Shown here: in pieces, positions 7,023 through 12,256 of the stretch
Position numbering within the stretch: the stretch's first letter is position 1
Layout: each line of letters begins with the position of its first letter
Source of the DNA: an uncultured archaeon
GTDB lineage: Archaea; Asgardarchaeota; Lokiarchaeia; Sigyniarchaeales; SOKP01
NCBI GenBank assembly: GCA_964525635.1
Contig: CAZGJX010000113.1
Coordinates: 1-12,256, forward strand
Direction: 5' to 3'
DNA: 12,256 nt
The notes under the pieces: model-generated
The model's input: the letters and a program-made list of their open reading frames with translations, nothing else
The model's database searches: none
Told to the model about the DNA's origin: nothing
Made by a program: the position numbers and the translations under genes

Positions 7023-8876
7023 CTATTTAAAATGTTTCTTTCTAATGGATATTATTATTCCAATTATCGAAATTCCAATTGCTAAAGTAATGATTTCAAT
7101 TTCATATCCTGGAATTTTAGGTGGTGATTCAGGAAAACTTTCTATCACATAATCATAGTATAATTTTGCTAAGATATAACATTCTTTTGCATGGTGATGA
7201 GCTTTAATAAATTCTTCTGATTCAAAAAGGGTATAAATCATCGATTTATTTGTTTGGATATTAATTAGAATATTCTCTAAATATAAATTAAGTGTGTTAT
7301 TATTGTGATCTAATAATGTTCTATTAGCATTGTATAATAGATCCCAAGTTTCTTTTAGATACTCAATTGTATGAGCTCGAGCAATTGAATGTCTATCAAA
7401 AATACTGAAAGAGGTATCAAAATGAGCATATGCCATAGGTGTAGAGATAAAATCAAATAACCAATCCTGATATCTATATTCTTTTGAAAAATCATTTTCA
7501 TCAAGAGTCTCATATTCAAATGGATGAGGTAATCCCATTTCATGTCCTACTTCATGGATGATCAAATGAGAATAATATGAATAATCATGAGATATTGGAA
7601 GGTTATATCCTCCATCAATGATTACCAGTCCATTTCCGTAAGCAAGACCCCATGTTGTATTAAGGGACCCTGCTATATTATTTGGTAAAGCAAAAATAAT
7701 TACAGCAATTGTATCTTCGAATATACCTAACCCTAATTCATAATAGTGCTTCATTAGGAAATAATTATAAATTTTATCAAATCTTTCATATCCCTCCTCT
7801 GGATAATTTTGAGCTTCTAAAATCATTTGTTCTAATTCAGGATAATTATACAAATACTCCGGGACTATAGTTATATTCCATTTTGAATCAGGAATCAGTT
7901 CTTCAAACGTAGTTTTAATTAGAGTTGTATTAATGTGCTTATCTGGATTATTTGATATTTCATAATTAGTTGTGTTATCGAATATTAGAATTTTAATATT
8001 ATCATATTCTTCAGGTAAAATTGGATTGTTACAATAATATGGCAGATAAATAAAATCAACGATTTTTCGAATGTATTCAATCATATTATTGTTAAAGTCA
8101 GTATTATTTAGAGGAAATGTATAATTCCAAATTGGAGTAATCATCTCAGGAGAAACTATTTTTGTAGTTTCTGGAAGATCAGGAGAAAGCCAATCTGGAT
8201 AATAAATCGGTCCTGCTGATAAATCAAGAAAAACACCTCTATTAGGAAAATCTCCTCCATAAAGTATAGTATGATTCTCAAAGGAAGGTGTTCCTGTATC
8301 TGGATGATTAAAGTTAATTGAATAATAGTGATAATCTTCGATATAACCATATGTATAAAGATCTATTAGATAAAAGCAATAAGTGCAATTTACATTAGGA
8401 AAATAATTATTGATGTGATTATCTAACCATGTTATTGTGTCAATAGCAGAATGTTGTTTTGCGCTTATTGCTGTTGGATTATATGTTTGTAAATCCAATG
8501 GTGGAGTTATTACGGACTCAATTGAATTTAAATAAGTTACAAAATCTGTTTCTAAATTAGTAGCTTTTGAAAAATAATAATTATAATCTAAATTAAATTC
8601 TCCTCCCATATATTGATGAGTTGGACCATTATAAGTTGGTTTAATCAAATCTTTAACATTTTCGTTAATATATATTGTATTTATATTAGTAGTATTGAAT
8701 CCAATGAATATAATATTGATTGGAATTGTGGATTCAATAACGAAAGTATCTAAGGGATCATCTAAAATGACTGGTATATTTGAACTTTTTAATTTCTTTG
8801 CCTGAATGCTTGGAATTATCATTATAAAAGAAAAAAAAATAAAGATAGTTAATTTTTTCTTATTTTTATATAACAT
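7023..8876 (-). CDS. Cell-surface metzincin zinc metalloprotease with Loki-CTERM-type sorting tail
   Basis: Signal peptide; HEVGHEMGLPH (HExxHxxGxxH) with downstream Met-turn-like STPMAY; C-terminal IPGY + TM helix + RKKHFK. Confidence 0.88.
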   Translation of the reverse strand: MLYKNKKKLTIFIFFSFIMIIPSIQAKKLKSSNIPVILDDPLDTFVIESTIPINIIFIGFNTTNINTIYINENVKDLIKPTYNGPTHQYMGGEFNLDYNYYFSKATNLETDFVTYLNSIESVITPPLDLQTYNPTAISAKQHSAIDTITWLDNHINNYFPNVNCTYCFYLIDLYTYGYIEDYHYYSINFNHPDTGTPSFENHTILYGGDFPNRGVFLDLSAGPIYYPDWLSPDLPETTKIVSPEMITPIWNYTFPLNNTDFNNNMIEYIRKIVDFIYLPYYCNNPILPEEYDNIKILIFDNTTNYEISNNPDKHINTTLIKTTFEELIPDSKWNITIVPEYLYNYPELEQMILEAQNYPEEGYERFDKIYNYFLMKHYYELGLGIFEDTIAVIIFALPNNIAGSLNTTWGLAYGNGLVIIDGGYNLPISHDYSYYSHLIIHEVGHEMGLPHPFEYETLDENDFSKEYRYQDWLFDFISTPMAYAHFDTSFSIFDRHSIARAHTIEYLKETWDLLYNANRTLLDHNNNTLNLYLENILINIQTNKSMIYTLFESEEFIKAHHHAKECYILAKLYYDYVIESFPESPPKIPGYEIEIITLAIGISIIGIIISIRKKHFK

Positions 8877-9230
8877 AGAAATCGCACTAGTCTTTTCTAT
8901 TAAAGTTTTATATATTAATATATATATCAGTAAATAATTCCTGATATCATTATATCATATCATATTTAATCATATTAAAATTTTTTGAATCTTATCAATT
9001 TTTTTATTCCTTAAGGATTAATAACTTAAAATTATCATTTATAATATATATAGGAAAATATATTTTCTAGTAAAACCTATTTAACTATAAAATCTTTAAA
9101 TAAAAAGAGTAATATAATTCTAATATTTAGGTTTCTTTTTATTAACATACTTTAAACGATCATTATATAGATAATTTAATTAAAAAAAAAGGAATCCTAT
9201 ATAAAGGGATTGAAAATCCATCAATATTTT

Positions 9231-9740
9231 TTAATCAGATAATACTTCATGAACAACATTTTTGGTAAATTTTGCCATGATAAACAATAATCCTTGGAGA
9301 ATTAGACATATTATTAGAATTCCTAAAACAATAAAAACGATAAATATACCTATTGCACCTCCATAGACAGGAAATACACCATATTGATATATCAAAAAAA
9401 GTCCATAATATACCGCAGCACTAAAAAAGCAAATTGCAGCAATCCATATCCCTAAAACAATCTTCTCTGCTAATGTTTCTGATGGAAAATCTTTTTCTGA
9501 ACCAAGCAATTTTCCAAATCTTTTTCTTATTCGTATAAAAAACCCAATCCCAACAAGTGTTATTAAACAGGAACTCCCTAAAGAAATTAATACAAGTAAA
9601 ATATTTGTTTCAGTTCCAAAAAGTTTAGCACCTCCAAAAAATACAAAAAAGAGCAAGTATATTCCAAAAGAAAATAAGCAAAAAAGCTCAAAGATAAAAG
9701 TGAGGGTAAAAGCATTTTTAAAAAATTTATGTAGATTCAT
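9231..9740 (-). CDS. Hypothetical 4-TM membrane protein
   Basis: 169-aa ORF with ATG start and four hydrophobic helices. Confidence 0.75.
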   Translation of the reverse strand: MNLHKFFKNAFTLTFIFELFCLFSFGIYLLFFVFFGGAKLFGTETNILLVLISLGSSCLITLVGIGFFIRIRKRFGKLLGSEKDFPSETLAEKIVLGIWIAAICFFSAAVYYGLFLIYQYGVFPVYGGAIGIFIVFIVLGILIICLILQGLLFIMAKFTKNVVHEVLSD

Positions 9741-9940
9741 ATGACTTTTAAAAAAAAAATTATTTAAAGATTTTGATTTTAATAGAGATCAATGATGTCT
9801 TATAGCTAAAAGGTATATAACACGATTGCTTGATAAAATGAGATCTATAATATATGACAATTTCTATAATGTCATTAAAATATTTAATAATTTCGAGATT
9901 AAAAATTTAAATTATAAATATATTATTTCTATTGAATAAT

Positions 9941-10126
9941 ATGCAAACCATAAAAGAAAAAGTAATTGAATCAATTAAAAAACTTCCTGATGATGTTAAT
10001 TACGATGATATCATGGAGTCAATTTATGTTCAACAAATGATTACAAAGGGTATTGAGCAGTTGGATAATGGGGAATCCCTCTCCCACGAAGAGGTAAAAG
10101 AAAGGTTTAAGAAATGGGTGAAATAA
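9941..10126 (+). CDS. Type II antitoxin, partner of the RelE/ParE toxin
   Basis: 61-aa protein (KLPDDVNYDDIM...GIEQLDNGESLSHEEVK) typical of ParE-associated antitoxins; overlaps the toxin start by 13 nt. ATG at 9941 preferred over TTG at 9932. Confidence 0.8.
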   Translation: MQTIKEKVIESIKKLPDDVNYDDIMESIYVQQMITKGIEQLDNGESLSHEEVKERFKKWVK

Positions 10127-10398
10127 GATGGTCCCTTATAGCAAGTGATGATTATGATTCAATAATTAAGTATTATGAGAAAACCGCACCAAAATTTGCT
10201 CAAAACCTTGCTAAGAAAATTATGTATATCATTGATAACTTAATTCAATTTCCTAAAATGGGCAGGATGGTACCAGAATTAGAAAATGAGGAAATAAGGG
10301 AAATAATTTATAGAAATTTTCGAATAATTTATCGTCTAAAGGAAAATCTATTAGAGATTACTAGAATAATTCATGGTAGTAGTATCTTAAGAATTTAA
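10114..10398 (+). CDS. Type II toxin, RelE/ParE family
   Basis: IRWSLIA..D...I..YY; FPKMGRMVPE...IREIIYRNFRIIYR...ITRIIHGS; classic RelE/ParE signature. Confidence 0.9.
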   Translation: MGEIRWSLIASDDYDSIIKYYEKTAPKFAQNLAKKIMYIIDNLIQFPKMGRMVPELENEEIREIIYRNFRIIYRLKENLLEITRIIHGSSILRI

Positions 10399-11041
10399 TT
10401 TTTTAGTATTATAATTTATGATCCATATTAAGTTTTAAATATTTAATTTTCTTCCATCCCATTATCAAACGATTTTCTACTACATCATAATATTATTTTA
10501 TTCTTGGTATTTTATTTTATATTCTAAATGAAGTCTTAATGAATCACATTTAAAAAAGTCATTAAAATCTTGAGTATTATCTTAATATAAAAAAAGATTT
10601 TTCATGGAAAAGTTGGATAATTTAATGGAAAATAGAATCAAAACCTCTATTTAATTTTCTTTTGATCTCCATGTGAATAATAAAATAATCTACCAGCCTT
10701 TCCTGATAATGTTCTAGCTTTTGTGTATAAACTTCTTTGTCTGCTAAGTTTTTTTTTTAGCAATTCTTTTATTTCATCATTCCATTTTCCATTTTTTAAC
10801 AATCATCTTTTGATTTTCACAATCTCCTCAGTTATATATAATAAAAGTATATCTATTTATTTTTAAATGAAAAATAAGTAAAGTAACTTTTGAAATATTT
10901 ATTAATATTGATAATTATCTACTATTAGTCCTTTTTAATGATCTAATCCTTCAATATAGAGTTTCACAATACAACAACACCTATTTATATAATAGTTAGT
11001 TTTTATTTTTTTGTACCTTTTTTAAATTATTCTATATTTTT

Positions 11042-11073
11042 TAGTTACCAATGGTGAATTCCATTGGTAACTA
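11042..11073. repeat. Perfect 13-6-13 inverted repeat
   Basis: tagttaccaatgg-tgaatt-ccattggtaacta. Confidence 0.85.
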
Positions 11074-11266
11074 TCTCTTCACATAATTTTCCTTAAAATA
11101 AAAAAAGTGTGGCGAATTTTGTACCATAATCTTTTAAATCAATATTATTAATTTCTATTTTAGACTTTAGAATTTTATTAATTCTTAGCTTTCTACTAAT
11201 AAATATAAAAAATTATAATATAATACTGAATTCTGAAGAATTAAGAAAAAATAATGGATATTTATA

Positions 11267-12256
11267 ATGGAAAAAAAAAATATTTTGGTTTTAATTTTTT
11301 TTATCAGCATTACAATAATTGGAACAAGTTTTCTTCTAATTAATTATTTGAATTTTTCAGATCCAAACCAAACACCAATTATCAATTCAGTAACTCCTGA
11401 ATCAGATCCAACGATAGAAGAAGGAGATTCAATTATCTTTAGAGTTAATGTCTCAGATCCAGATAATGATCTTCTTATATTTAAATGGTCCTTTAATGAA
11501 ATACCTATCATATGTGATTCAGATGCTTATAATTATCAATCTAATCATTCATCTGCAGGTATTCATAAAATAGAGGTAACTATTTCTGATGGGAAGTTTG
11601 AAGTGTCTCATTCATGGATATTAACTATAGAACTAGGTCCAAATCAACCACTAGCCATAAGTTCTGTAAGTCCAACATCCAATCCTATAATAGAGGAAGG
11701 AGATTTGCTCTCTTTATCTATTAATGTTAATGATCCTGATGATGATCCTCTGTTGTATAATTGGACATCTGAAACAATATCTATAATATGTGATTCTGAT
11801 ACTTATAACTTTCAATCAAATCACACCTCAGCTGGTATTCATATAATTAATGTTAGTGTTTCTGATGGTGAATATAATGTATCTCATTCATGGATTATAA
11901 CCATATTAAAAGTACCTAATATGATAATGGATATATATACTGGGTATCTATCTTCTTATCCATTAAGTCTAATAATTATGGATGGAGTTCTTTATTTTTT
12001 TGCAAATGATGGTCAAAATGGAAGAGAACTATGGAGGACAAATGGTACAGTAGAAGGTACTTTTATGGTAAAAGATATTAATCCAACAGGCTCATCAATT
12101 CCCGAAATTAGAATTGATATAGTTGTTTTCAATAATAGCCTCTATTTTCAAGCAGATAATGGCGTTAATGGAAGAGAATTATGGAGATCAGACGGTACAG
12201 AAGGAGGGACCTATATGATAAAGGATATAAATAATGGTTCAAGTGGTTCTTATCCT
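11267..12256 (+). CDS. Surface protein with two Ig/PKD-like domains and ELWxxDGT repeats (3' truncated by window edge)
   Basis: Open frame from ATG 11267 to the window end (330 codons): MEKKNILVLIFFISITIIG TM anchor; two NQxPxI...EEGD...DPDxDxLxxxW...SAGIH...SDG repeats; then GRELWRTNGTVEGTFMVKDI and GRELWRSDGTEGGTYMIKDI. Absent from the supplied ORF track. Confidence 0.92.
   Translation, partial: MEKKNILVLIFFISITIIGTSFLLINYLNFSDPNQTPIINSVTPESDPTIEEGDSIIFRVNVSDPDNDLLIFKWSFNEIPIICDSDAYNYQSNHSSAGIHKIEVTISDGKFEVSHSWILTIELGPNQPLAISSVSPTSNPIIEEGDLLSLSINVNDPDDDPLLYNWTSETISIICDSDTYNFQSNHTSAGIHIINVSVSDGEYNVSHSWIITILKVPNMIMDIYTGYLSSYPLSLIIMDGVLYFFANDGQNGRELWRTNGTVEGTFMVKDINPTGSSIPEIRIDIVVFNNSLYFQADNGVNGRELWRSDGTEGGTYMIKDINNGSSGSYP

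Noticed and set aside
7355-8350. Short ORFs 7355-7543 and 8156-8350
   Set aside because: Alternative-frame shadows inside the protease gene.
10620-10831. Minus-strand gene fragment with SD-like GAGGAG, GTG start and in-frame TGA (possible selenocysteine)
   Set aside because: Short, apparently also frameshifted at an A10 run, no recognisable family or redox motif; at best a decayed pseudogene.
10820-10832. Fourth att core (CAATCTCCTCAGT, 12/13 match to core 2)
   Set aside because: Lacks the TTC of the T-loop, the CCCCA end and the GT-N4-ACA doublet; explained by an SD-like sequence on the other strand or by chance.

Overview
Very AT-rich accessory region, probably from an Asgard archaeon (Lokiarchaeia/Promethearchaeota). 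That assignment is inferred from an IPGY-TM-basic Loki-CTERM-type tail on the 617-aa protease. Left to right: a complete-ended but frameshifted ISH3-family IS (64-1369; 18-bp TIRs, TAAA target duplication); a three-gene operon (PH-like protein, two membrane zinc-ribbon proteins); a secreted SBBP beta-propeller; a 7TM protein ending in a histidine-kinase H-box with no ATPase domain; a surface metzincin protease; a 4TM protein; a RelE/ParE toxin-antitoxin pair; and an Ig-like/ELWxxDGT surface protein running off the right edge, missing from the ORF track. The most interesting signal is intergenic. Three same-orientation copies of a tRNA 3' end (consensus GTTCAATTCCCTCAGTCCCCA at 3296, 5499, 6818) each follow, at identical spacing, a copy-specific 11-bp-period GT-N4-ACA repeat. 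Two of them also share a ~190-bp arm that carries a conserved 24-26-aa minus-strand micro-ORF. These junctions delimit integrase-free single-gene modules of 2.2 and 1.3 kb, suggesting a tRNA-anchored, integron-like cassette accretion system. No intact tRNA or integrase is visible in the window.
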